A stretch of 64,000 bases of DNA, taken from assembly GCF_035605935.1 (NCBI RefSeq), contig NZ_DATNGK010000266.1, forward strand, positions 24,688-88,687, written 5' to 3'. How positions within the stretch are numbered: position 1 is the first letter of the stretch; each line of letters starts with the position of its first letter. This document shows positions 9,420 to 18,572 of this stretch, one piece after another. Under the pieces are notes generated by a model. It ran no database searches and was not told where the DNA came from. It saw only the letters and a list, made by a program, of their open reading frames with translations. This DNA comes from Actinocrinis sp. GTDB taxonomy: Bacteria; Actinomycetota; Actinomycetes; Streptomycetales; Catenulisporaceae. The translations under genes and the position numbers were made by a program.

Positions 9420-9776
9420 ATGGATGGAAGACGGCTCTCGGTGCGCGAGCAGCGCATTCTCGCGGAGATCGAGACGGTACTGCGCCGGGACCGGAAGCTC
9501 GACGAGCGACTGCGCGATCTTCGTTTGCCCCTCAGACTCAGGCTGCTGTCGGTCCAACGCAGGCTGCGCGGTGCAGAATTAAGCCTCTTGATACCAACGA
9601 CGCTGCTCCTCGCGCTCGCCGCCGGGCGCACCGGGACTCACGCCGTGGTGATAGCGGCCTGTTGCGTCGGTGCGATGACTGTATTCCTCCTCTACGGCGC
9701 GGTGCGCGGTCGCCTGGAGCGACGCCGCAGGGAGCGATGGGGCACGAGCAGGTCCCGGATGACTTTCCCGGAGTAA
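9420..9776 (+). CDS. DUF3040-like membrane protein
   Basis: The ATG at 9420 follows GGAGG. The N-terminus 'LSVREQRILAEIETVLRRD' is the characteristic DUF3040 opening, and two TM helices follow. Confidence 0.65.
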   Translation: MDGRRLSVREQRILAEIETVLRRDRKLDERLRDLRLPLRLRLLSVQRRLRGAELSLLIPTTLLLALAAGRTGTHAVVIAACCVGAMTVFLLYGAVRGRLERRRRERWGTSRSRMTFPE

Positions 9777-10060
9777 TAGCTTCACCGGAGTCGTAGCCGC
9801 GTCGGCCGGACGCTGAAGATGAGCGCCGCTCACGTGCGGGGTGATTGTGCGGCCCCGTATTCGTGGTCTGCGGCAACTTTCAGCTGCTTTCACGTGAGCG
9901 TCACGTCAATGTCGTTTGCTAGCTGCGGTAACGCAGTGTGATTGGTTGGTTACCTACGCTCACCGCCGCCGCGCACTACCGTCCTGACTCGATCGAACGA
10001 GCCACGCTCAGTTTCGACGAAGAGGCCACAGGCGGCACTGAAACGGGGATCCCCGAGCGC

Positions 10061-10096
10061 GGGTGCGACCGACGGGTCGGCGGGACGGTCGCACCC
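10061..10096 (-). terminator. Hairpin downstream of the kinase gene (11-bp stem GGGTGCGACCG / CGGTCGCACCC)
   Basis: The inverted repeat was read directly, 32 nt beyond the kinase stop (10128) on the minus strand. Confidence 0.45.
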
Positions 10097-10127
10097 GCCC
10101 GGGATGGAAACGGCGGCGCGAGAGGCG

Positions 10128-11873
10128 TTAGTCGGTGACCGTGCCGGACAGGCGCTGCACCTCCGCGGTCAGCTGGTTGGCCGCCATCGCGGAAATCCGT
10201 TCCTTGCCCACCAGCTGGCCCAGCCTGCCGTCGAACTTCGCGATCTTGTTGCGGATCTCCTGCAGATGCGCGGCGCCGCCGTTGCGCTGCGCCGAGACCA
10301 CCGAGTTCTCGATGTCGATGATCGAGTTCTGCAGGTCGCCGCCGCTCGTCGGATCGAGCGTGGCCGGGCCGGCCGCGACGAAGGTACGGATCTGGGCGCG
10401 CACCGCCTCCAGGTAGCGGATCGGGTCGGCGGAGGCCGCCGCGGTTATCGAAGGCGCCGCGCCACCACTCATCCGGGGCATCGGGGCACTAGCGGCTGCG
10501 GTGGGCCCGGCAGTGGGCAGCGACGGGTTCGGCATCTGGTCCGTCACCCGCGGCCCAGCGGAGATCGTGCCCGTGGCCGCGCGGCTGGTGGTGAGCACCA
10601 GCGCGACCGCTCCGACGGCCAGCAGCACGACGAGCGCCGCCATACCGAGGATCATCCGACGCGGCCCTCGCCTGCCGTCGCGATCACCTTGGTCGCGCCG
10701 CCTGCCCGTCTCGGGCTCGCCGCGCGGCCGCATCCTGCCGTCGAAGGCCGCGGTCGACTCCCCGCTCGCCGAGCCGGAGGGGTCCCCCGAGCGCCCCGAC
10801 CGCCGCGAACCGTAGCCGCCGACCTCGCCGAGGTCTGCTTCGTCGTCCTCGTCGAATGCGTTGGACAGCATCGTGTTCTCGCCGGGCGGCGGCGACACGG
10901 CGCTGAACTGTCCGGCGGCCGGATAGGCCGACGCGCCCTGATACGGCACGGCGGCGCGAGGGTCCTGGCCGCCGCGCGGGTCTTGCACCGCCTCGAACGC
11001 GGAAATCGAACGGCGGCCGATGTACTCGTCGCCGAGTGGCAACCCGGCCGCCGCGGCGAGGCCGGACAGCGTCGTGAGCGCCTGGGCCGCGTTGGGCCGG
11101 AAGGCGGGATTCTTCGACAGGCAGGCGTGGCAGAACTCCACGACGCGCGCGGGCAGCCCCGGAACGTCGATCGGCGGCGGCGGATCGTAGAGCTGCGACT
11201 CGAAGATCTCGGTGATGTCTTTGCTCTGATACGGCGGATGGCCGGTCAGCGCCCAGAACAGCACGCAGCCCAGCGCGTAGATATCCGAGGCCGGCTTAGC
11301 TCGCTGCCCGCGCACTTGCTCCGGAGCCATGCACAGCGGCGTGCCGACGGTCAGGTTGCCGGTCAGATCGCCGTCGCCGGCCCCGCGCGCGATACCGAAG
11401 TCCAGCAGCTTCGCGCCGTCCGGCACCAGCATCACGTTCGCCGGCTTCACGTCCCGGTGCACGATCCCGGCATGGTGCGCGGCCAGCAGCGCGTCGGCGA
11501 TCTGCGCGCACACGGACACCGCTTCGGCCCACGGCAACGGCCCTTCCTTCAGCCGCCGGGCCAGGCTGGTGCCGGTGAGCAGTTCGGTGACCAGGACCGG
11601 CACCGTGCTGCCGTCCGGGCGCGGGCTCTCCAGGTAGTCGTGGATCGCGCAGATGCGCGGGTGGGCCAGGCGGGCGAGCGCCCTGGCCTCGCGGCGCAGC
11701 CGCTCGCGCTCGGTCGGGTCGTTCACCGCGGCGCCGCGCAGCAGTTTGACGGCGACCGGTCGGTCCTGGGAGGTGTCGACGGCCTCCCACACGGTCGCGC
11801 TGCCGCCACTGCCGAGCGGCCTGACCAACAGGTAGCGGCCGGCGAGCAGCGTGCCGGGTATCGCGGGCTCCAT
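10128..11873 (-). CDS. Transmembrane Ser/Thr protein kinase (Hanks type) with an uncharacterised helical extracytoplasmic domain
   Basis: Kinase motifs are 'LGSGGSATVW', 'VAVKLL', 'HRDVKPANVML', 'DFGIA' and 'APEQ'. A Pro/Gly-rich linker, a TM helix (MILGMAALVVLLAVGAVALVL) and a ~165-aa C-terminal ectodomain without PASTA repeats follow. The start is the ATG at 11873 (MEPAIPGTLLAGRYLL). Confidence 0.9.
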   Translation of the reverse strand: MEPAIPGTLLAGRYLLVRPLGSGGSATVWEAVDTSQDRPVAVKLLRGAAVNDPTERERLRREARALARLAHPRICAIHDYLESPRPDGSTVPVLVTELLTGTSLARRLKEGPLPWAEAVSVCAQIADALLAAHHAGIVHRDVKPANVMLVPDGAKLLDFGIARGAGDGDLTGNLTVGTPLCMAPEQVRGQRAKPASDIYALGCVLFWALTGHPPYQSKDITEIFESQLYDPPPPIDVPGLPARVVEFCHACLSKNPAFRPNAAQALTTLSGLAAAAGLPLGDEYIGRRSISAFEAVQDPRGGQDPRAAVPYQGASAYPAAGQFSAVSPPPGENTMLSNAFDEDDEADLGEVGGYGSRRSGRSGDPSGSASGESTAAFDGRMRPRGEPETGRRRDQGDRDGRRGPRRMILGMAALVVLLAVGAVALVLTTSRAATGTISAGPRVTDQMPNPSLPTAGPTAAASAPMPRMSGGAAPSITAAASADPIRYLEAVRAQIRTFVAAGPATLDPTSGGDLQNSIIDIENSVVSAQRNGGAAHLQEIRNKIAKFDGRLGQLVGKERISAMAANQLTAEVQRLSGTVTD

Positions 11874-12022
11874 ATCCCGGATTATTGCGCCGCTCGCGGG
11901 GTGCTGGCCGAAACCATGACAGAACTGATGCCCAGTTAAGCGGTTCGTAAGGACCCGGAACGCGACAGCCGGATGGTGACGAGCCGTCACCACCCGGCCG
12001 TGGGCCTTAGCCGCCGCGCGAT

Positions 12023-12217
12023 CTACAAGTCGAACTCGCCCTTCTTGACCCCGTCCACGAAGGCATTCCACTCGGCGTGCGTGTAGACGTGCACCGGACC
12101 GGCGCCCGCGTCCTTGGTGTCCCGCACCCTCACGGCGTGGTCGGTGACCATGACCTCCACGCACTGGCCGCCGTTGCCGCCGCTTGCGCTCGCCTTGCGC
12201 CACACATTGCGTTCCAT
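12023..12217 (-). CDS. DUF397 domain protein (BldB/AbaA-like small partner)
   Basis: The 64-aa protein reads 'WRKASASGGNGGQCVEV......VRVRDTKD', the hallmark DUF397 sequence. Its ATG overlaps the upstream XRE stop (TGATG). Confidence 0.85.
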   Translation of the reverse strand: MERNVWRKASASGGNGGQCVEVMVTDHAVRVRDTKDAGAGPVHVYTHAEWNAFVDGVKKGEFDL

Positions 12218-13059
12218 CAGTGGGTTTCTCTGATCCTCTGCTCGATTATCCGGACAGTCTCCTCCGGCGTGAGCGCCGCGCTGCGCACCCGCTCAAGCGC
12301 TCTGCGCGCCTGGCGGACCTCCAGCGGACCGTCGTGCACGACGGTCGAGAAGATCGATTCCGAGCTCGCCACGGCCGGCCCGCCACCGCCGCCGAACTCG
12401 TAGATGTCCAGCGGCATCCGGGTCACCGGACTGGTCGCCGGGATGCTGCGGAGCACCACGTTGGGCAGCTCTGCCAGCTCTCGAAGGTGCTTGAGCTGCT
12501 CGTTGAGCACACTGACACCGCCGAAGGGGGTACCCAGGACGCTGTCCTGAAGGATCACGTCGACGAGCAACGGTTCGGGTTCGAACAGGCGGCGCTGGCG
12601 CAGCAGGCGCACTTCGACGTGTATGTCCACATGATCCGGATCGCGGATCAGCGCACTGGTCTCGAAGAGGCCCCGCATGTAGCCCTCGGTCTGCAGGAGG
12701 CCGTGGACCACGGAGTTGTGCAGCGCCAGCAGGCGCGTCGCGTCGTTCTCGTAGCCGAGGAGGGTGTAGTACGGCTCGTTGATCCAGGGTCTGAAGCGTT
12801 CCCACCAGCTGTCCGTGCGGCTTTCCCGGGCCATGGTGCACAGCCGCTCGGCGTCCGTGTCGGAGAGCTTGTAGTGCTTTGCCAGCCGGATGACGTCCAT
12901 CGGGTCGATCTTGTTCTCGGCCCGCTCGATCCGGCCCACCTTGGTGTGCGCCCAACCCAGCGCCTCGCCGACCTCGCGCGTGGTGTGCCCCCGCTCTTCG
13001 CGCAGTTCCAGCAGTTCCCGGCCCAGCTGCCGTTGCAGCCAGCTCGCTTGGAACGCCAT
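12217..13059 (-). CDS. XRE-family HTH regulator with DUF5753-like C-terminal domain (WhiJ-like)
   Basis: The HTH reads 'LRELREERGHTTREVGEALGWAHTKVGRIERAEN'. The C-terminal domain is typical of Streptomyces WhiJ paralogues that pair with DUF397. The start is the ATG at 13059. Confidence 0.85.
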   Translation of the reverse strand: MAFQASWLQRQLGRELLELREERGHTTREVGEALGWAHTKVGRIERAENKIDPMDVIRLAKHYKLSDTDAERLCTMARESRTDSWWERFRPWINEPYYTLLGYENDATRLLALHNSVVHGLLQTEGYMRGLFETSALIRDPDHVDIHVEVRLLRQRRLFEPEPLLVDVILQDSVLGTPFGGVSVLNEQLKHLRELAELPNVVLRSIPATSPVTRMPLDIYEFGGGGGPAVASSESIFSTVVHDGPLEVRQARRALERVRSAALTPEETVRIIEQRIRETH

Positions 13060-13303
13060 CGGGAACCCCAACCAGCAAAGAGTAAAGAGTTGGTAAAGCC
13101 ACACGTCGTTGCTTGCACCGGAGCACGCTCCGGTGCATCGTCAGTTTAGTAACTTAGCGTAAAGGCATCCTCACCGTCTGACGAGATGTTAGCGCCCCGC
13201 ACTCGCACACGGCGGATGCACAGCGCATCGGATCTGCACATGTTAAGCGCCGGGTTGTCGCCACGTCGGTAACTCGCGCCTCATCTCTATCTCAGGATTC
13301 GGC

Positions 13304-13735
13304 ATGACGCTCCCCCGCGATGCGTGCGACTGCAAGACCTTCGCGGATTTGACGCTCACCATCCGTGACAGCGGATCGGCGACCGTCCTCGAGCTTTCGG
13401 GGGAGTTCGACGCATACACGGCGTACGAGCTACGCCGCTATCTCGCGCTGTATCCGCCAAGCCGGTTCGTGCATGTGGTGATGGACCTGCGGCGGCTCGG
13501 TTTCATCGACTCGGCCGGCATCGCCGTGATCGTGGCGCTGGGCAAGCAGGCCACCGCCCGGGCCGGCACCCTGCGGCTGGTGATCCCGGAAAGCCACCTG
13601 CTGGTCAAGCTGCGGCGGATGGGCCTGGTCAAGCTCTGGCCCATTCACGCCGACGTCGAATCAGCGCTCGAGGCCGTAAAACGCATCGAGACGGAGTCCG
13701 AGCGCGCACTCATTCGGCGTTCAGTGAGGTTTTAG
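13304..13735 (+). CDS. STAS-domain anti-sigma-factor antagonist
   Basis: 'VLELSGEFDAYTAYELRRYL....VVMDLRRLGFIDSAGIAVIV' is a STAS fold signature. Confidence 0.75.
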   Translation: MTLPRDACDCKTFADLTLTIRDSGSATVLELSGEFDAYTAYELRRYLALYPPSRFVHVVMDLRRLGFIDSAGIAVIVALGKQATARAGTLRLVIPESHLLVKLRRMGLVKLWPIHADVESALEAVKRIETESERALIRRSVRF

Positions 13736-13969
13736 CCACATCCCGTCCGCGCTGTGCATTCATCTTCCCAGTTAGGGGTACTGGAAGCCGCCGAGACCCG
13801 ATTAAGGTCCCGGCGCGCGCACCGTACTATCTAGTAAGGTGAGGCTTACCTACTGGAGCTGAAGCTGGGAGGCTCGATGGACGGACGGCGGCGCGCGGTG
13901 CCCGGTTTCGAGCGCGCGGACGTCCAAGACGCCCCGGCCCTGCCCTTCCGGCCACGCCACCGAGCCGAG

Positions 13970-14494
13970 ATGGCATCTGACACGCAGGAGGTCGCAGCCG
14001 GCGAGTTTCGCGAGGTGCTGGGCAACTTCGCCACCGGGGTCACCGTCATCACCACGCTGGACGGTCCGCGGCCCATCGGCTTTACCTGCCAGGCGTTCAA
14101 TTCGCTCTCGCTCGACCCGCCGATGGTCTCCTTCTCCGTCGCGCGTGCCTCGAGCAGCCGCCCGCGGATACTCGCCGCCGGCCGGTTCTGTGTGAACGTG
14201 CTGGCCTTCGACCAGCACTCGCTGTGCGCCCGGTTCGCCACCCGCGAGGTCGACCGCTTCCTCGGCGTCGACTGGTGGCGCTCGCCCGGCGGCAACCCGG
14301 TGCTTGACGGTTCGCTGGCCTGGATCGACTGCACGGTCGAGGCGGAGTACCCGGCCGGGGATCACACGATCGTGGTCGGTAACGTGCGCTCGCTCGCGGT
14401 GCAGCGAGAGGCGGCCCCGCTGGTCTATCACCGCGGCGCGTTCGCCAATTGCTTCCCGGTCGCGGGTAACGGCGCGCTGCCGCGAGTCTGCTGA
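13970..14494 (+). CDS. Flavin reductase (NAD(P)H:FMN oxidoreductase, split-barrel family)
   Basis: The sequence reads 'FREVLGNFATGVTVITT......GFTCQAFNSLSLDPPMVSFSV...S...I......F.VNVL....' and '..GDHTIVVGNV'. The start is the ATG at 13970; the GTG/ATG at 13877 is an alternative. Confidence 0.85.
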   Translation: MASDTQEVAAGEFREVLGNFATGVTVITTLDGPRPIGFTCQAFNSLSLDPPMVSFSVARASSSRPRILAAGRFCVNVLAFDQHSLCARFATREVDRFLGVDWWRSPGGNPVLDGSLAWIDCTVEAEYPAGDHTIVVGNVRSLAVQREAAPLVYHRGAFANCFPVAGNGALPRVC

Positions 14495-14537
14495 TCAGAC
14501 GGCTGATATCACAGCTGATAGCACGGCTGGCGAGACG
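14490..14537. repeat. Degenerate 12-nt tandem repeat x4 (GCTGATCAGACG / GCTGATATCACA / GCTGATAGCACG / GCTGGCGAGACG)
   Basis: Read directly. It begins at the flavin reductase stop codon. Confidence 0.6.
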
Positions 14538-14540
14538 AAG

Positions 14541-14578
14541 CCGTCCGCGCCTTGGATGACCATCCACGACGCGGACGG
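14541..14578 (+). terminator. Hairpin (9-bp stem CCGTCCGCG / CGCGGACGG, 20-nt loop) after the flavin reductase gene
   Basis: The inverted repeat was read directly. Confidence 0.4.
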
Positions 14579-14730
14579 GCAGTCCTGCTCTGTGCCTCGG
14601 TGACCGGGGAGCGACCCCGGCCACAACCATCCGACGATTACAGACGCGAATGGCCGCCGATCGGATGCAGCCTTGAACCCTTACGTCTACCGTCACGTGT
14701 TGAACAGTGACTGTGACGGACGGTGAGGCA

Positions 14731-15183
14731 ATGATCAAGTACGGACAGGTGGGGTCGCGTCCCGAGACGGGGAGGCAGGCTCTGCTGCGCGTGCTGACTG
14801 CCGCCGGACTGGCCGTGGACGCGTACGTGCACGCGGACCTGGCCTCGGCCTACGATCCGGTACGCAAAAGCATCAGCCAGGGGGACCTGTTCCGCATCGA
14901 GGCCGGCGCGTCCGCGCTCGCCGCGCTGCTCATCCTGCTGAGCGCGCATCGCCTCGTGTGGGCGTTCGCGTTCGTCGTCGCGGCCAGCGGGGTCGGGGCG
15001 CTCCTGCTGTACCGCTATGTCAATGTCGGCACCCTGGGTCCGCTGCCGAACATGTACGAGCCCTTGTGGTTCCCGAAGAAGACCGCCGCGACGATCGCCG
15101 AGGCCGTCGCGACGGTGACCGCGCTGGCCGGTCTCGCGCAGGCCTCCGTGCGGCAACCTCGCAGCAGACGGCTGGCAGCTTAG
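14731..15183 (+). CDS. Integral membrane protein (about 4 TM), unknown function
   Basis: The ATG at 14731 follows GGTGAGG. Hydrophobic helices include ALLRVLTAAGLAV, ASALAALLILL, WAFAFVVAASGVGALLL and AATIAEAVATVTALAGL. Confidence 0.6.
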   Translation: MIKYGQVGSRPETGRQALLRVLTAAGLAVDAYVHADLASAYDPVRKSISQGDLFRIEAGASALAALLILLSAHRLVWAFAFVVAASGVGALLLYRYVNVGTLGPLPNMYEPLWFPKKTAATIAEAVATVTALAGLAQASVRQPRSRRLAA

Positions 15184-15212
15184 CCGGACCGCTCTCAGGG
15201 CTCGCCTCGCTC

Positions 15213-17990
15213 TTAGAACTCTCCGCGGCGCTCGGTCAGGTGGTAGGCCTGGGCGTGCCGGCCGGCCTCGTGGAAGGCCGCGCGTAGATCCATGAAGTCG
15301 TCGCGGCGCGCGGCCCGGGTCAGCATCAAGTCCGCCTCAGCGTCGCAGCCGCGCGTCGCCAGGTTCGAGGCGAGCACGACCAGATCAGCGGGCGGCATGC
15401 TGGCGCCGAGGTGTTCCAGGTAGCGGTCCGTCTGGTCGGAGGCGCGCACCTGTCGCAGCGTGGCCAGGACGCGGCTGGGATCGGTACGCGTAGCCAGCGC
15501 GGTGATCAACAGCTCCCCAGCGGCTTGCGCTCCCTGCCGCGTCTCCGCGAGCAGCGCCATCGCCTCGACCGCCTCGATCGCGGTGGCCTGTGCGGCGAAG
15601 CTGTCGAGCAAACTGGCGGCGTCCTGATGCCGGCCAGCCTGAGTGAGCGCGAGCACCGCGGCGCACATCTGGTGCGGGGCGCCGCGGCCGAGGGCGGCGA
15701 AGAGCAGATCAGCCTCCTCATCCCGCTTGGCGGTTCGCAGCACACTGACGGCGTCGATGAACTCCTGCGGCGAGCGGGCACGCAGCTGCGGATCGAGCAG
15801 CGCCGCGGTCGAGCCTGACGTGGCGAGGGCGACCAGCGACCCGGCGATGTCCACCAGCGGCCTGCTGGCGACGCCGTCGAGCACCCGAGCCGTGTCCTGC
15901 TCGCTGCCGGCCTCCCACAGCTCTCGGGCCACCGCCCCGGCCAACTCGGCGGGACCCTTGGCGGCGAGCGTCAGGACGTGGTCCGCGTCCGCTTCCCGCT
16001 CGGCTGCGCGCAACGCCTCGAGCAGGCCGACGACATAACCGGGTCTGCCGCCGAGCACGCCGAGGATGAGCTTGTCGGCGTTGGCGGCCTCGCGGTGCCG
16101 CCGCAGCACGTCGATGTAGCCGACGGTCGCGGACGGTGGACGGCTGAGCGCGGCGGTGGCGTACGCGTGCACGGCCAGGTCCCGTTGCCGGCCCGCCTCA
16201 AGGTACGAGGAAAGGGCGACCAGCTCGACGTCCGAGTACGCCGGGACGGCGTGGCTGAGCAGCTTGTAGGCGAGGCCGGGGACCTTGGCGGAGGCCAGGT
16301 CGGTGGCGAGGTATGCGGTCAGCGACGGGAACGGGCCCACCGCCTTCTCGGCCGCGCCGAGCAGAGTGTCGATCTCCGCCAGCGCGCCGGCGTCGGACAT
16401 GCGGTGCAGCAGCGCGGCGAAGCGGTCCGGCGGCCAGTTGCCGGCGGCGAGCTGTGCGGCGCGGGCGTAGAGCGCGTAGGAGTAGCGTTCCGCTCCCCCG
16501 GCCTCAAGCTCCTCCGCGAGCGTCAGCACCCTGCCTTCCTGCCAGTGCGTGGTGGCTTCGGCCAGCGCCGGGCCGATCTCGCTCGGCGCGCCGAGCTCCG
16601 AGAGCAGGTCGGCGAAGGGCTCGATCGCGGCGCCGGCCGGGGCGTGTCCGGTGGCCTCGGCGAACAGCAGCGCGGCCTGCGGCCTGCCGCCGCGCGCCAT
16701 CAGCGCCCGCACCAGCCGTTTGATGTGGTCGGCCGGCCGGCGCGCGGCCTGCGCCAGCAGCCTGCCGCATTCCTCTCGGTAGCCGGACTGCACCAGCGCG
16801 AGCGTGATCTCAGCGCTTTGATCCGGCGGCCGCAGCAGCGCGACCGACCCGGCCTGGTCGGCCTCGGCCTCGCGGCCGGCCATTCGCAACACGACCAGCA
16901 GCAGCGCGACGTTCGGGGGCAAGCCGCGCGCGGCTACCCCGGCGAGCACCTCGTCGGCCACCTGTCCCCAGCCCGAGGTGCGCAGCTGCGCGGTCCAGTC
17001 GGCCAGGGCCGACGGCGCCATGGTCAGCGCGGCGTCCTGCCCTTCCGGCACCTTGGGCAGATTGTCGGTGTAGGTGCGATCAGCCGGATCCGGCTCGGCG
17101 GTGGAGCGCTCCTGCCCCGGTGCCGCGGCGCTCCCGGCTCCGGTCGCGCCGCTGTTTGCGGTGCCGTTCGCAGTGCCGTTCGCGGCGCCGGGCCCGGCGG
17201 ACCCGGCTCCGTTCGCTTCCTGAATGTGTGTATTGCGGAGCAGCAAGACTCTCCGTTCGCCTTGGCCCGGCCACAGCCGGGGCGTGGGGAACTGATGGGC
17301 CGATAGGTCCTGGCCGACTTCATGGTGCAGCGCGGCCAGGTCGAGTGCGTCTCCGGCGTCCGCGACGCCGTGTTGCGCGGTACGGATCAGCGAGCCGGTG
17401 AACGCGGTCAACCGCTGCCCAGACGGCACCCAGGACTTCGCGTCCTTCGCGGTGGCGGCGAGGACCGAGGCACCCGGCACGGCCTCGAGGATCGCCGGTC
17501 CGGTGGAGTGCGTGGGCGGGGTCTCGCCGTCATAGCAGTAGTCGAGGATGACGATGCGGTCGGCGGCGCGGCCGGTGTCACGCACCAGCGCGGCGACATC
17601 CGGGTAGCGCAGCGCGCGGTAGAGCCGGGATTCCGACGAACCGGGCAGTGCGAAGTAGAGATCCGGGTGACGGGGCGCGGCCAGGGTGTAGCCGGCGAGG
17701 TAGAGGATGAGTGCCCCCGTCGCTGCCGCGGCCGCCTCGTAGACGACGTCGAAAACCGTCGCCGCGTCGGGCGGATTGCGCAGCACGGTGCAGTGCTCCG
17801 GGGCGAGGCCGAGCAGCCCGGGATCGGTGAGCAACGCGGACAGTTGTTCGACGTTCTCGGCGACGCCGGGTACCGGTCCGAGGTCGTCAGTGGGCAGATA
17901 GTCGTCCACCGCGATGAGGACCGCGCGCGACGTGCTCGGATCTTGCACTGGCAATGCCGCCCCCTCCCTCTGGGCCGCCGCAGGGTTCAT
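15213..17990 (-). CDS. Caspase-like (peptidase C14 fold) domain protein with the His position substituted, fused to a long alpha-helical repeat region
   Basis: The N-terminal ~270 aa are caspase-like: 'AVLIAVDDY', 'LILYLAGYT' where FYFSGHG is expected, and 'IVILDYCYDG' where D-x-C-H-S-G is expected. A Gly/Ala/Asn linker follows, then ~650 aa of ~30-residue Ala/Leu/Arg-rich helical repeats (recurring '..R..EAD.L' motifs). The start is uncertain; I used the ATG at 17990, and the ORF extends to 18194. Confidence 0.6.
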   Translation of the reverse strand: MNPAAAQREGAALPVQDPSTSRAVLIAVDDYLPTDDLGPVPGVAENVEQLSALLTDPGLLGLAPEHCTVLRNPPDAATVFDVVYEAAAAATGALILYLAGYTLAAPRHPDLYFALPGSSESRLYRALRYPDVAALVRDTGRAADRIVILDYCYDGETPPTHSTGPAILEAVPGASVLAATAKDAKSWVPSGQRLTAFTGSLIRTAQHGVADAGDALDLAALHHEVGQDLSAHQFPTPRLWPGQGERRVLLLRNTHIQEANGAGSAGPGAANGTANGTANSGATGAGSAAAPGQERSTAEPDPADRTYTDNLPKVPEGQDAALTMAPSALADWTAQLRTSGWGQVADEVLAGVAARGLPPNVALLLVVLRMAGREAEADQAGSVALLRPPDQSAEITLALVQSGYREECGRLLAQAARRPADHIKRLVRALMARGGRPQAALLFAEATGHAPAGAAIEPFADLLSELGAPSEIGPALAEATTHWQEGRVLTLAEELEAGGAERYSYALYARAAQLAAGNWPPDRFAALLHRMSDAGALAEIDTLLGAAEKAVGPFPSLTAYLATDLASAKVPGLAYKLLSHAVPAYSDVELVALSSYLEAGRQRDLAVHAYATAALSRPPSATVGYIDVLRRHREAANADKLILGVLGGRPGYVVGLLEALRAAEREADADHVLTLAAKGPAELAGAVARELWEAGSEQDTARVLDGVASRPLVDIAGSLVALATSGSTAALLDPQLRARSPQEFIDAVSVLRTAKRDEEADLLFAALGRGAPHQMCAAVLALTQAGRHQDAASLLDSFAAQATAIEAVEAMALLAETRQGAQAAGELLITALATRTDPSRVLATLRQVRASDQTDRYLEHLGASMPPADLVVLASNLATRGCDAEADLMLTRAARRDDFMDLRAAFHEAGRHAQAYHLTERRGEF

Positions 17991-18429
17991 CAGATGATCC
18001 TGCAACGCGACGGTAAAATCCGATGCCCATTCGAGCCGCTGTAACCGAGCCGTTACCGCTGTTGGGCATTGGGATCGATCCCACAGTGTAGGCACAGTTG
18101 AGCCCGCGAATGTCGCGCCCTGAAGAATACCGCGTGCGCCCATGAAAGCCGGGAAATCAACCACGGTGCGTTCTTGCGATACTTCTGCGCGCAATAAGCT
18201 GTTTTGCCCTTAGTGTCGCTTTACTCTGCGCCGAATCCGATCACCCTCGGCTCACTGGCAGGTGAACGTGAATGTGGCTCGGGTTTTTCCGGCTCTTCCG
18301 GACGGGCGTTCGAGCCGGTGTTCGGCCTGCGACGCGGCAGAACACCACTCTCTTGACGTTAGTTGTCCGCGACCACATACTCCCAACCACCACCCCGAAG
18401 CTCAGCGGTTGCGGAGTCGGCAACGGCTC

Positions 18430-18441
18430 GGAAACGTTTCC
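18430..18441. promoter_or_regulatory. Perfect 12-bp palindrome GGAAACGTTTCC (LacI-family operator-like) upstream of the GH16-GH3 operon
   Basis: Read directly. It lies ~130 bp upstream of the GH16 start and has the central CG and AA/TT flanks seen in LacI/CcpA-type operators (TGnAAnCGnTTnCA). Confidence 0.4.
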
Positions 18442-18572
18442 AAGCGCGGCTGGTCCGTGTCTCGTTTCCGACCTGCGGACGCCTTGAGCGCGAGCGCACA
18501 GAACCCAATACTGCTCGGACGGCTCGGCGCGGCCTGACGGGTGCAGGCGTCCAACGCGAGAGGTCGCATGCC

